64,000 bases of DNA from Schmidtea polychroa (taxonomy: Eukaryota): the NCBI GenBank assembly GCA_044892525.1, contig CM097888.1, forward strand, positions 43,958,001 through 44,022,000, given 5' to 3'. The position numbers and the translations under genes were made by a program. Shown piece by piece: positions 10,546 through 24,957 of this stretch (position 1 is its first letter; every line of letters begins with the position of its first letter). The notes under the pieces are model-generated. The model was given only the letters and a program-made list of their open reading frames with translations. It was not told the origin of the DNA and searched no databases.

Positions 10546-13500
10546 TTGAGTTTGAGAATAGTTTCTTTTAAAAAATAATAATTTAAAAATGATATAAAAA
10601 AATTAGATCAAATTTTAAGGAAGTAAACTTTTAGAGATCATTAGGAATAAAAATCAAAATTTAAACATTTTTTAAAAGGTTTTTAAATGGCGTATATAAA
10701 TAATTATTGGAGACATTTCTTTAGAAATATTTTATGATATTATTTAATAAAAGAAGTTTCTATGAGCTTTCAAAATTTCAAAACTTTTATTGTTTTGTTA
10801 TGAATTTTAGAGGAAATTCAATTTAAAAAGATTTTTTAAATTCTTCAAGTTTTATTTTGATTCAGTTTATTTCTAACCAATTTAAAGTAAGAAAAAAGAA
10901 ATAAAAATAAAATCAAAAAGCATCTGAAAATTGAAGCAACTAAATTTCANNNNNNNNNNNNNNNNNNNNNNNNNNNNNNNNNNNNNNNNNNNNNNNNNNN
11001 NNNNNNNNNNNNNNNNNNNNNNNNNNNNNNNNNNNNNNNNNNNNNNNNNNNNNNNNNNNNNNNNNNNNNNNNNNNNNNNNNNNNNNNNNNNNNNNNNNNN
11101 NNNNNNNNNNNNNNNNNNNNNNNNNNNNNNNNNNNNNNNNNNNNNNNNNNNNNNNNNNNNNNNNNNNNNNNNNNNNNNNNNNNNNNNNNNNNNNNNNNNN
11201 NNNNNNNNNNNNNNNACATAAACCTGAAAAATATTTTTGAGAAAACTCTACTATCTAATAAACAAAAGAGATAAAAGAAAAAATACATTTCTACAAGTGG
11301 TAATTTGTTTTAATAATTTTTTGATAATTATAAACAGGCCATATAATAATTATCGAAGATAAGCAACGAAAAAGACAGACACAAACGACAATTTGATATT
11401 CTTTGACATTCATAGGAAAATGATTAATATAAATAAATTTTCTGGTTTTTTTCCTTCAAAGAAATTGATGCGTTGTTAATAATTCGTAAATGTTTGGAGA
11501 ATATATTAAATAGAAATCGAAATTTTTCAATTGGAAAATTTATAATTGAATTTATTTTTAAGAAAGAAAACATTAATTTTACTTGCCCGACTCGCCTTAA
11601 CAAGTAATTGTTTAATTACATTTTACGCCTTTATTTTAATTAAATTTTATTAATTTCAATTGATTGAGAAGCACCATATTTTGATGAAATTCTCAAAGTC
11701 TGAATTTCAAGGTCATCCGACAATAAATAAATTTTAATAATAAATTGAAAATAATTTTAATTTTTAAATATAACTTAAAAATAAACTTCACTTTAAACTT
11801 AAGATCATTACTTTTGACATTTTTTTTTGTTTTAATATATTATATATTATATTATATTAGCACATTATATTCCCCAATAGTTTTATTATTTTCAATACTT
11901 TGTACATTTTTTGAATTTAATTTTCAATACACCATTACCTCGATTTAAACTTCTTCTGTATCTTAATGAACACCTTTTGGTCATATTTCACGTCAAAATC
12001 CGTTCATGCATAGTTTAGTTCTATCCATGATAAATTTACATTTTCGACAGCCATTATGATATAACTTTTCAAGAATTGCTTCATGGTAGGCTTATCATTT
12101 ATATTAGTTGCTGCAATAACTTTTAATAACTTTTAATAACTTTTAAAACTAACTAATGGATTTATTTAAAGTAAAACTTCAATAAAACGTTTTTTTCAAA
12201 GTTTACATAAAAACTTGACTTGCTGAAAAATCGAAATTCGTGGGTATCAAAAAACATCGATATATTACTGATTTATAGTTTTCAAGCTCTCTTTTTAATA
12301 AATTCAATGGAAAAAATAATCAGTGGTGAAATGATATTGAGTATTGACAAAATTGCAAAAGGATAACAAATTTAATTAACTTTAAAATTTGATATAAAGA
12401 CTGATAATTATTGTGTGAATTGTAATAGTGCAAATATATAGTCATTCATCTGCAATTAATATTCAATCAGTAATGAATTTATTTAGATTATTTGAAATAA
12501 GATTCTATTATTTATTATTTCTTTATTTATTAAAATTGTTCAATAGTTTTTTCATCAATTAATTAGTACAAAATATCATTATTAACATAATTTTTTTTTA
12601 AAATTTAATTATTACATTTTCGGGGCTTTAAAAATTGAATTTTTTCCATCACATAAAATTATTTTTCTCAGGCTTTATTTTTCTTTCCTATTTAGTTGCA
12701 AATTAAATCTATCTTGTTTTAGGTAACTTAAATGATTATTATTTTTTCAATTTATATGCTTAACATCAAAAACTGTAAGTAATTTTAAATGATTCTTGAA
12801 CTAACCCCAAAATTACAAACTTTCTATTTTGTACAGTTTATCCTTTCCATGTTTTCATGTAGCTTACTTACACTCCGTTTGCAAGTCGAATTTTCAGCTT
12901 CTGTAAATTTACTCTTTTGATTTAGCTTTTCTTACATTTAAGAATATAATGGAATAATTATTATTAAAATTGCAATTTTTACAGGTTATTCATTCATTTC
13001 TCAATATTTTCACTGCGATTTTATTCAATTCAGATTAAATATTTATTGTTGAAATGAAATATATATAATTTATACAATTTTTAGTCAGCAATTATATCGC
13101 GCTTAAAATATTTATTAGAAAATATAGAACGATAAAACAAAAATTATTTGTTATAAAATATATTGCTAAATGTTATATTTTTAAATTAGTGCTGTAGGTA
13201 ATGAAATTTATTCAGACATTATATAATATAGTAAATATATCATAAGATGAATTCCATTATTTTCAATGTAAGAAGAAAGAAAATTTACTGAAGGATCCAA
13301 ATTTTATTAAGTTTGCAATTTCGATTTCAATTTAAAAATGTGGGAATTAGAAAACTTTTGTCATACAAAGATTAAGATCGGATAATTTTATTAACAAAAT
13401 GGCAGTACCACCATATCTCAGACAAGACTTACAAGATTAACTCTTTTGTCAATTAAAACAAAGAGAGTAGAAAAATTAAATACGAAACAAAAATTATATT

Positions 13501-15989
13501 CCGTTTATTTTCATTAGGCGAAAAAATTATGCAACAGAAATTAATTTTAATTTCTTTTGTCACAATGAGAATAAATAAAATACCAAAGGAAGAAAACAGA
13601 TCATAGGTGACCAGAAACTTAAAAGACGATTTCTTTATATTAATAAAATTACGGATGAATACATTCAACGTTTTAACTAGTTTATTTATAAATTTTATTT
13701 ATTAAATTTATTCAAAATTAAATTACTATGAAAATATTATTATTAGTATTTACTTTTATAAATCTACTTGATTTTATTATCTTAAGGATTTTTGTATAAT
13801 TATGATTTTATTTAAAATGAAAAGTAAAAATATTTGATAATTTAATTTTAAAACTATTTTCTTATAGGTATTTTTATAAATTTTTAATTGTTCAAAATAT
13901 TTCTAAATAAATTTTAATAAAAATGATAATTGACCATAATTGAATTAATTAATCATTTAAATGTCCCACCTATTTTCCGAGTATTTTCCTCTCAAGATCA
14001 AGATTAAAAGAAATTTTAATAATTTTTATTTATTATCTATATTATTATCTTTAATATTTATATGAAACTTAAAATTCAAGTCTTTGTTTATTATGAAAAT
14101 AATCACTTTAATGTTACATAAAAACAGAATTTTCACTATAGAAAATATGCATAAAATTTATTTTCATTTTATTTGTTTAATTGCTAAAATAAAAAAAACA
14201 TGAGTTATTTTTGGATAATTTCATTCTACATTTCAGATTTGTGCTAGGCACTATTTTATGTTATTCTATCAACTTACGGAGAAACTTATTTTCGAAGGGA
14301 GAAAAAAAACAAAAACTAAAACTAACCCTGGATGTTCTTTAAACGTAACATAAAAATAATTATTATAAACATATTACATGATTTATTTTTTATTAATTCA
14401 GTTAAATATTTTAAATATTTTTATTTATAAGTTAGAAAATAATAAGTCGCAAGGAAAATTTTGCATATGACGATTATCGTTTACAGAGGGCATTTAAAGG
14501 GTTGGAAATAATTTCACAGACAAATCGATATAAAAAACATTAATTAAATAATTTTCAAAAAAGCAAAAAATAATCAATAATAATTACAACAAAAATAATT
14601 TTAAAAATAACAAATCTTTGCCAGATTAATTATTAAATTATTTACGAATTATTTTTTAAAAATGTCCATGTAACAAATAAATAAAATAAATTACAATTTT
14701 AATTGAAATTTAATTAATTAAAAAAATTATTTGAGATGAATTTGATGAAATGGGAATTGTCGAAATCACCGATTAAGCACAGATCATCTCGGATTTTTTT
14801 TGGCAAATCGAACTCCATTTTCAAGTGATAATTTCCCAGAATGTCGTTTCAGTAAAACAAATTCCAAAAAATTCCAATTTGACATTGATAAAAAAATAAT
14901 TGCTCATGATCGAACGTGATTGTCGTCTACTCAATAGAGAAAATAAAATGTTTATTCCTTTTTTTGTTTCACTCATTTTTGCAATGTGAAATATTGATTT
15001 TATTGTTTGAAAAATCAATTGAAATATTTCATTTGCCTGAATATTTTTATTGATTTTAATGAATTAATAGTTCATTTATTTTCAAACCATTCTTGATTGG
15101 TTTGACTCTGGATTTTTGTTTATATATAAAAGTTCGTTGAAATGTTAAAGGTTAGTTATGTCAACTGAAACCTGCAGTTATAAAAAAAAACTTTAAACAT
15201 GAATTGCGCTTATTGACTGAAATTGAAATCAATTCAGCACTAATTTATTGTTATTTCATTTAAATATTTTAGTAAAACAATTTAAGTTTTCATCATTGAC
15301 ATAGTTAGGTACTAAATAATCACACAAAAAGGTTTCTAAATGTATTTTTNNNNNNNNNNNNNNNNNNNNNNNNNNNNNNNNNNNNNNNNNNNNNNNNNNN
15401 NNNNNNNNNNNNNNNNNNNNNNNNNNNNNNNNNNNNNNNNNNNNNNNNNNNNNNNNNNNNNNNNNNNNNNNNNNNNNNNNNNNNNNNTAAAAATCAATAA
15501 TTTTAATCTTAATATCAATAATTGCATCTTATGGAATATACCATATGTTTCGTAGAGTTGATTAATTAATTAATTTAATTAAGATAAAAATTAAAAATAG
15601 CTTAGTAACTCAAATGACATCTTAATGATTGGATAATTAGATAAAAGGAGTTTTTGTTTCAAATTTTTATTTAAAAGCAAACGAAAAGTGTATCATAATT
15701 TAGAGAAAATCAAAGATTCGTTTTGGAAAAAGCAAATCTAATAATGTGCAATTATTTGTGAAATAAAAAACGCTATTTAGTAAAAACTGTACAAAATTTA
15801 TTGTGTATAAGATTTAATTTTAAATTTTATCAACAGAATACACAAGGATGTCTCAAATTTAAAATAACGTGCATTAACCCGTATGTTTGACATATGACTG
15901 TATTTAATGGCAATATAATATGACGTCTTAAATTTGATACATAATTGAAAGTTAGTTCAGACCGACTTCCAGACCAAATATTTATTCAT

Positions 15990-16420
15990 ATTAAAAATGA
16001 TGTCATCGTTGGTGTTAAAGGAAAACCCAAGGCAATTTCATCTATCTATCGATACCAATCATAATTAAAATGAATATTGAATTTTTAAAGTAGGAAACTC
16101 AAAAACTTCTTCAAATGGCTTTCCACACAAAATATGATGTTCAAAGATGTTTTTATTCCACAACAAGCAATATAAATCAATAATTTCAACCAATGGTACA
16201 CTGGTAAAGAAACTATAAGCATCAAATCAAATCAATATCTCATCAACACTGCGTTTATTTAACTGTGCAATACATGAAACAAATTCAAAACTATCTTTTA
16301 ACAATCCATCCAAAAATTTAACTATTTTACGCTGGACATTACCAACCATAGATAAAACAGGTCTTATAGGTCTTATGAATTTTTGGAAGCCCATAAACCT
16401 TTGCTGGTTGTTATACATTT
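15990..16420 (-). mobile_element. Penelope-like retroelement RT remnant
   Basis: RPIRPVLSMVG, KDSFEFV, FDAYSFFTSVPL (cf. FDVESLFTNVP) and IALGFP (cf. VAMGSP); many stops. Confidence 0.7.
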
Positions 16421-18465
16421 TTCATTAAACTTGGTAGTTTTATATGTGATGCTAACTAATCCTAGACTTTTATATAAATAATTAATGGCATTAATAATTT
16501 TTAATTTTAATAATTTATAATTTTAAATCTTAATAAAACTGAATTATTTAGTATAGAATATTAATTGTAATTTGAGAAATTATATAATATTTATAATCTC
16601 ATTTGTTATTTATAACAAAATAAATTTTCAATGTAAGAAAATGTTTAAAAATTATTTTAAGTTTTAAATTTCAAATTCAATGAATACATTCTGTATTTAA
16701 TTGACTATACAATTATGCATTTGCTTTTTATATTTTTCATTATTTGAAAAAAAACAACAGAAATTAAAACTCTGCCATCTGCACTTCTAGAATAAATTTA
16801 TGAAGATTTCAAAAAATAAAAGTAAAGCCAATTAGGGATAACTATCAAATTTATTGAATTTTGATTGGCTTAAAAATAATATCTAAAATTTTCAATAAAT
16901 TCTTTCATAAATTAATTGAAAAAAGAGAAAATTTTCAATTGTAATTAATAATTATTAGATGATATTTTAACTATAGAAAAAAATAGAATATTAAAATTAA
17001 AGAAAAAGAAAGGACTAAAAAGTACAAAAAAAACTTGTGAATTTTACTTTTGATCCATTCCACTGGTACAGTAAAAGTGGTATATATATACTTCAAAATA
17101 TATAATATATGAATAAACATAGTTTCTGTGACGGTTAAGATGGATCACGTACATTCACAAGAACAAAAAAACTACAACTTCTTCTTTAGTGTTTAGAAAA
17201 ATAAGGTGTAAAGTATTGCATTAAACAATGAATAAAAATATAAAAGCAGTGAATTTAACCACCTATAAAGATTTGAAAATATAATTATACTGTTAGAATG
17301 ACAAAAATAAGGGTTCACAAAATAAACAGAAATCTAATGAAATAACTTTTGACTAATTTCAAATAATAGTAGAAAATTCTTTATTTAATTATTTATTTTA
17401 TCTTAATTTAAACAAGATTATATAAGTTCGGTATTAAAATAAACATTGAAAGTTTTATTTGCACTTTTTGAAGACCTGCATTAAACAGATCGCATATTTA
17501 TAGAATCCAAAAAAATAATAGTAAAATTTGGTATTTATTAAATATTTTAAAATTTCTTTATTTTAATTTTTTTGAGTATCTTGTAAATTTGAAATATAAA
17601 AGATATCTCCTGATGATTTCTTATATCATCCTCGAAATTAGTTATTTAAAGAAAAGAAGTGAAAGTTTAGAGCAGTGATAGTAAATTAAGTTTAATATTT
17701 TTTAGATCGAACGATTGATGAATTATTATGTGAATTATTAAAGAAGTAAACAAATGTATATAAATCTGATTTTATTCATATTAAAAATGTAACATACTAT
17801 TTTATAATGAATAAAACAAAATTAAATATTAAAACAATATTTTCATTTGAGAATCTTAAGTATCTAAAATATATTTTTATTATTTAAATTTATTTTGATT
17901 TACAAAACCTATAGGTTAAACTAAATAGTCATACAGATCACTGAAAGACTTCCGGGTTATAGGTTATATCGTCATAATTTATTTGTATAATTCATTTATA
18001 GAACATCAGATTATTAAATTAGATTATTAAATTAGGATTATTAATAAAAAGGTATTTTGATAATTTTACTGTGAAAATAATACAGGAAATATTTATTTTT
18101 TAGAGTAAGTAAATATATAAATGTAAGTATATTTTGACAACTCTGTCATCATCAGACACTAAACAACTTTAATAAAAACAATTATATTTTTGGGTTTATT
18201 AGTAATTACATAATTATTATTGAAATATCTCAATCCTTATAAAATTAATTAAACACATTTTAAATGTTGATCTTTGCATTAAATAATTTTAAATAATTCT
18301 CACAAGGTAATACTTTGCGATAGTTTTTGAAACCCTTTCAACATTTAAATTTGAAATGTCTATTTTCAGCTTGCTTATCTTATTATGGTAACTGTTTCTA
18401 CTCAATCGAACGGATGATGACAGCCAAGATGCCGAAATATATTGTAAAAATATAAAATGGTGTTC

Positions 18466-18469
<4 letters not shown>

Positions 18470-18537
<68 letters not shown>
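18470..18537. repeat. (AT)n microsatellite
   Basis: About 34 uninterrupted AT units. Confidence 0.97.
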
Positions 18538-18540
<3 letters not shown>

Positions 18541-18718
18541 ACGGTGAAAGTAGATATTGTCTTTATGGTCTTTATTGATATATCAAAATACTCTTATTTA
18601 TAAATTAACTAAAACATTGGATATTTATATATTTAATGTTAATTTAATTTTAAGTGGGGGGAAATATCAAACAAGAACATACATATACATTATATTCAGT
18701 TCACTTATACCTAACATT

Positions 18719-18762
18719 TTGGGAAATGTACACATTTTACAGTAAAAGTGTACATTTCCCAA
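18719..18762. repeat. Hairpin with 15-bp perfect outer stem next to an assembly gap
   Basis: TTGGGAAATGTACAC (18719-18733) / GTGTACATTTCCCAA (18748-18762), inner TTTTAC/GTAAAA. Confidence 0.85.
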
Positions 18763-20119
18763 GATNNNNNNNNNNNNNNNNNNNNNNNNNNNNNNNNNNN
18801 NNNNNNNNNNNNNNNNNNNNNNNNNNNNNNNNNNNNNNNNNNNNNNNNNNNNNNNNNNNNNNNNNNNNNNNNNNNNNNNNNNNNNNNNNNNNNNNNNNNN
18901 NNNNNNNNNNNNNNNNNNNNNNNNNNAATTAATAAATGTAAACTTTTCATTTTTTTCATCTCTATATTCAAAAAATGAAATGATATATTATTAATCAAAC
19001 TTTTAGTGAATTTAGTGAAGTTGTATTTTACTTTTAACATTAAAATTATTTTTATTATGCATATAGATTAATCTTTTATCTTCCTATGTAAGAAATTTTT
19101 GGAATTTGCTTTTTCAAATTGATCTATAGTAGTAATGAAAATAAAACAAAAATAAAAACTGATCGACGGTGAACTTTAATGACATATTTGTGCCTTTCAT
19201 TCCTTTTTCTTGATTAATTATAAAAAGTATATTTACCAGGTACTTTCCATTATATAAGACAATATCTTATTTATATTTTAGATTAATTTTATTTAAGTTA
19301 TTTTAAAGAATTTTTACAACTATATTAAAATATTAACGATATTTCATTTATTTTTAAACTGACAAATTTTTTTATTTCTTCACAACATAAATTTTGAATT
19401 TTTAGTCAGATGAAAATAAATAAAATATAATTAAAAAAATTAAACCGATAACAGGAAAAAGAAAAAATAAGACTTTTACTGATTATATGAAAACTATTCA
19501 AATTATATATATTATAATTATATATATTAAGCCATATTCTATAAACAACATATATTATATTTTAAAAATCTAATGGTAAAGAAATAATACATTTGTTACA
19601 AAATAGTAATAATAAAATTCATAAAAATAAAAAACAAAGATAAATCAGCTTAAAATTCAAAATTATTTAAATTATAAATTTAAAATACCAAATTTCTTTT
19701 TGTGCTCTGTAACACTATTAGTTAAATATACATAAATTTCTAAGTTAGCTACTGACAATTAAAAGTACTATAACTTTATAAAAATTATATTGAAATTAAT
19801 TATATAAAATCTTTAATCTTTCATCCTACTTTCTGTTTATCTGTGACGTTATTACTGAAATACAGGGGATTTATGATATAATTAATGAAAATTTTAATTA
19901 AAATAATTATTAAAATTTAAAAGAATGAAAACTATATTAATATATAATGACTAGAAAAATTTTAGTTTTTATTGAGATTAACTATTTAAAAAAATACTCA
20001 TCGTATGTATTTTATTTATTAAAGATTTCTAACTTGAATTTTTCAGTAAGAAAGTTAGTGAAAAAAATGTTATTAAAAAAAGTTATTATTTAAATTATTA
20101 AATTAATATATAAACATAC

Positions 20120-20219
20120 CTTCTTGGGCCATATGATGTGGATTTGAACCTTCTTCACTAGGGCCTTTTCCCGAATCACCACTGTCACCATCGATTGGTT
20201 CAAATTGTGCGCAATTGGG
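20120..20219 (-). CDS. Protocadherin coding exon 4 (cytoplasmic conserved-motif exon); absent from the ORF track
   Basis: ttatttag|PNCAQFEPIDGDSGDSGKGPSEEGSNPHHMAQE+G|gtatgt; 100 nt, phase 0 in and phase 1 out. DSGKG resembles the DSGxG motif of non-clustered protocadherin tails. Confidence 0.85.
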
Positions 20220-23200
20220 CTAAATAATAGAAAAAATACAATAATATATATATTATTGATTGAATGATAAATTTAAACAAAAAACCTTTTTAATCGATTA
20301 AAAAATTTCTGTTGTCATTATTAAAAAATCAATAAATAATTTTTAAATTGCGAATTTAATAGATTTTTAAAATGCCATTTATTTACTCGTTGCTTTGTAG
20401 TTGATTAAAACAATCGATATAATCTGCACAAGACTAAAAAAATAATAAAAATATAAATATTTAATAAAAATATATTTTTAATTGAAAATTTATTTTTAAA
20501 TATATTGCAAATTGATTCAATAATACCAAATCAATTTCGTTTCACATTTATAATCAATTCGATACGCTAAAAGATAAAAAAAATCAATATTAACATAAAT
20601 GCAATTGGATTTGTCAAGAAGTAATTCAATTATTTTTGCATATTTTGGCGCCAAGAAACATAATTAGTAAAATATTTCTAATAAAATTTTGATTTTCGTT
20701 TTTTTTTCCTTCGATTTTGGAATAGTAAAATAGAAACTGTCAACCGATTGAATTAGGACTGTCGACATGAATATTTATTTAATAACAATAATTGCTATCA
20801 ATTTGTAAGTTACAAATCCAATTAACGGAACCGCAAAAAAGAAATGTCGAAATCAAATGATATTATTAGTCATTTTTGAATGTTGGCAAAACCGATTTGG
20901 TTGTTTTTTGTTTTAATTTGGAAAAACCAATTTAAATAAATGGAGAAATATTTTTGTGTGAATGTGTGTCTGTTGGTAGAAATAATTCATTCGAAGAAAT
21001 TATGATCAAAAGAAAAGTGATAAATGGCGAAAAGATACGCAAGAAGATAAATTAAAATATTATAGATTTCACAAGTTAAAACAATTTATGATAACTCTTG
21101 CACTTATGATATTATTATCATTACTATTATTTATTTAATTATTTAGAATTATTATGCGCTCGCATATTCTATCTGTATTTTATGAATAATTTCCTAATTT
21201 AAATGAGAAGATATGATCAGATTATGTGTAAAATAATGTACGTATATTATTATATTATGTTAGATCTTTATTTTTTTTGTAATATTTAGGAAATTGTGAT
21301 GGGACAGTTGAGGTGAATATAATGTAGAAATGTGAATAAAATGTGAATAAAACAATAATTAATAAAAATGTGGGGGTGAATTACAAATAACAATGACAGT
21401 ATGAAATAAATGATTTTCAGGATATTTTTGAGATTTTACTTTATTTAGCTCTAAACAATTTAAAATAATAAAATTTTTAAATTATTCTAAAACTACATCA
21501 TTAAAATTCCATTTTGCCTTATCTATATGAATATGCGAAAATTAAAAAAATACAATCAAAAAATTTCTAGAAAAAAGTAATTTTTAAAGTTTTGCAAACA
21601 TTGAATCACATAAAATACAACATACGTTGGAACTTGAATAAAAATATTATTAAGAGTGTTTTTACGGAGTTTTTAACAATAACAAAGCAATGATTTTACA
21701 GACGCAGAAAATGCTTGGGGTCTCGCAAAGGTTCGTTCTCATATGAAATTGCAAAATGTTTTGCCAAAATTCGAAAGAAACTACAAAATATATTTATTTT
21801 AAATATTGGTTTAAAAACTAAAATTAACTTTGTATATTTTTAAACCTAATGAAATGATTTTATAATCTACTTCATTTGTTCAAAATGTTCAGCTGCTAAG
21901 GAGGTCTTAAAATAAATTTTGCCAATTTGTCTAAAATTTGTAATTATCATATTAAAAATTTGTACAATTTCAATTTTGTTTTTGATTTTAGATATAAATT
22001 TGAAATTTGTTTTATGACGGGAGAAACCTGTTTAAATATTTATTTCTAAATCATTAAAAACTTTTTGACATTAAAATACTAAAGTATAAAATAAAATTTT
22101 TGCTGCTTTTAGAAAAATCCAAAATATGTATTTATTTTACATATTAGAATGACTCTTAAAGAAAAAATTTTCGAATAAAATCTCACTGGTAAGAACCCTA
22201 GAACAGAATAATTGTAGCGGAACATTTAAATGAACCTCATTTAAATAAAAACTATGATTTTAAAATAATAAAATAACATGTGTAAAAATAAAATTTTTTA
22301 ATTATTTACTACTTAATAAATTAATTCAAAAAATTATTTTGGTAAAAGTTTCATTTTTACTAATAATTCACCAATAAATTACGAATTTTTGTTTAAATGT
22401 ATTACACAGACCATTTTAGATTTAATTACCTGAAATGAGTCGGCGAAACACCCAATACAATTTTGTTAAATGATATTAATGAAATTAATTATTTTGTTTA
22501 AATTACCATAAATACATATTTCTTGTTTTATTAAAAATAAATTATATATAATTTGAATAGACATATTGAAAATTGTTTAAATCATTGCCAAATCACTCAA
22601 CAGCATTTCGAATAAAAAAAAATCTAAAATCAAAACCGGTATTGAAGAAACAAAATTTCCATTAAAAATATTTTAAAACCGGATTCACGGTAAGTGATTG
22701 CGTTATCATTTCATGTTGGTGAATCTCGTTGTTCCTTTCGAAACACCAAAATTGGTTCAAAGAAAAACATAATCAGATTAATCATTTCAGTTCGCACGAT
22801 AGCTATGGAAACGAAATTTTCATTTCTGATCAACTGTTGTCCATTTGATCTAGGGAAATTAATCAACACCAAATGAGCCGAAACGGAATTAAGAATAGCT
22901 GAAAAATTATCATTCGATTAAACAAGAAATGGATTCCTTATGAACTTTCCGTAATTGAAACACTAGCGAAAATATTAACATTTGATTGAAGAAAGTATTT
23001 TCATAATNNNNNNNNNNNNNNNNNNNNNNNNNNNNNNNNNNNNNNNNNNNNNNNNNNNNNNNNNNNNNNNNNNNNNNNNNNNNNNNNNNNNNNNNNNNNN
23101 NNNNNNNNNNNNNNNNNNNNNNNNNNNNNNNNNNNNNNNNNNNNNNNNNNNNNNNNNNNNNNNNNNNNNNNNNNNNCATTTTATGTTGTAAATGTCATTG

Positions 23201-24869
23201 TTAGTACAAGAATTATTCTCACTTTAATTTATTGAGAGAAATTTAATGACAAAATTCAATGAAATTTAATTAAGGACATTTCCTGTGTGTGAGATTTTAT
23301 TATTTCGACATAAAACATACAAATTAAATTTTCATTTGTTTCTTTGTGTAAAAAAAACAATCGAATTCATAAAGAATATTCAAGTCTACAAATACTTATG
23401 AACCCAACTCTGTGAGGATTTTATTAATATTAAATTTTAATTTTTAACATTATTATTTTATCAAATTCATTTTAATTCATTTTGATTGGATAAAAATTAT
23501 AAAATGATCTTTTTTCTATTATGATATTTTAATTTCTAATATATTAATATATTTAAAAATCCAATTAGTCTAAACGAAGAAATTCAAAATTAAAATAAAA
23601 TTGTAAAAGATGTCAGGAAGATATTTAAAACAAATTAAAAATTAATTCAACGAGTTGCTATAGTTATAATATTTCCTTATTAATATCATCAGAATTCCGC
23701 TGGGTTTCTAAATAAATATAAATAATTTTAAAATTATGTTTTTATATTGTCATTTGATCACAAAACTATTTTTTCTGCCTCAAAGTGATTCAATTTTAGT
23801 CAGTTTAATTTTATTATCGGTTTAAAATATTCACTAAATATTTCTGATAATATTTATTTTTCGCCAGAGAAAATAATATTACAATACATTTTATAATAAC
23901 AAACATTTTGGATTGTGTAACATATCAATTTATTTCCTTATAAAATGTGTCACCAGGATGAGTATTTTTTGCATAACAAAATACTGACAAAAAACTATGA
24001 TTTTTATAAGAGGTTTTATTTAACAAAATATCAATTTGTACTATCTCATTTTATCTAATTTTATTGCAAATTGTAGTAAAATTACTATTGTTTATCCCTA
24101 AACTTCATGCGTAACAAAAATGATAGAACTTCTAAAAATCTTTTATAATAAACATAATATTTTAAAAAATTTATGAATGTTTAAGTAAATGAATTTGGCC
24201 ATATATTTTCTATCATTTTTTCAAAAAAATACATTTTGAAAATGTAAGTACTTCCGTTATGATGAATTTCGTCATCCTGAGCCCTTATCAGCTTTTTTTT
24301 TCATATTTATTATATTTGATAAATCTAAGGTTTATACAGACAGTCACATACAAACTGACATAAAATAATTTATATTAATTATTACTGAATAAATGAATTA
24401 ATTTTAATATAATAAATTGTTTGTATTAAAGTTAATTTCAATAACATCTGCTGAGAAACATAAAATCAATATAAATCTTTTTTAATTACAAAATAAAATA
24501 AATAAAATAATAAAAATATAATTTAATTAATNNNNNNNNNNNNNNNNNNNNNNNNNNNNNNNNNNNNNNNNNNNNNNNNNNNNNNNNNNNNNNNNNNNNN
24601 NNNNNNNNNNNNNNNNNNNNNNNNNNNNNNNNNNNNNNNNNNNNNNNNNNNNNNNNNNNNTTTTCATAGAGAATTCAAATACCCATTCAGTCTTGATGTA
24701 AGACGATTCGTAAGACGTAGAATTTAATTAAAATGTCATGGTCGATTTTACATACAATAACGCAGGACCTCCACTACGAATGATGAGGTGGGACGGCCAT
24801 CTTGAAAATGTGAACTTTAAAATTTTAGAAGTTTTAGCCACCCCTCATTATATACTACTATATACTATT

Positions 24870-24957
24870 TATGATGGGGCTATTTTGTCTTGGGCTGTTT
24901 TGTGGGCAGGCTATTTTGACGGGGCTATTTTGTCTTGGGCTATTTTGACGGGTCACC
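24870..24957. repeat. 15-bp tandem array ending GGGTCACC; probable terminus of a MULE-like DNA element
   Basis: Five units of about GGGGCTATTTTGTCT followed by a sharp junction with PLE RT sequence. Confidence 0.6.

Noticed and set aside
20387-20433. Possible extra protocadherin micro-exon (SCADYIDCFNQLQSN) with AG/GT borders
   Set aside because: At 47 nt (or 37 nt from the inner AG) it cannot join exon 3 to exon 4 in frame without a stop or frameshift.
24738-24957. First part of the 196-aa ORF (GAILSWA repeats) as a novel repeat protein
   Set aside because: It is the translation of a 15-bp DNA tandem array fused by chance to PLE RT sequence.
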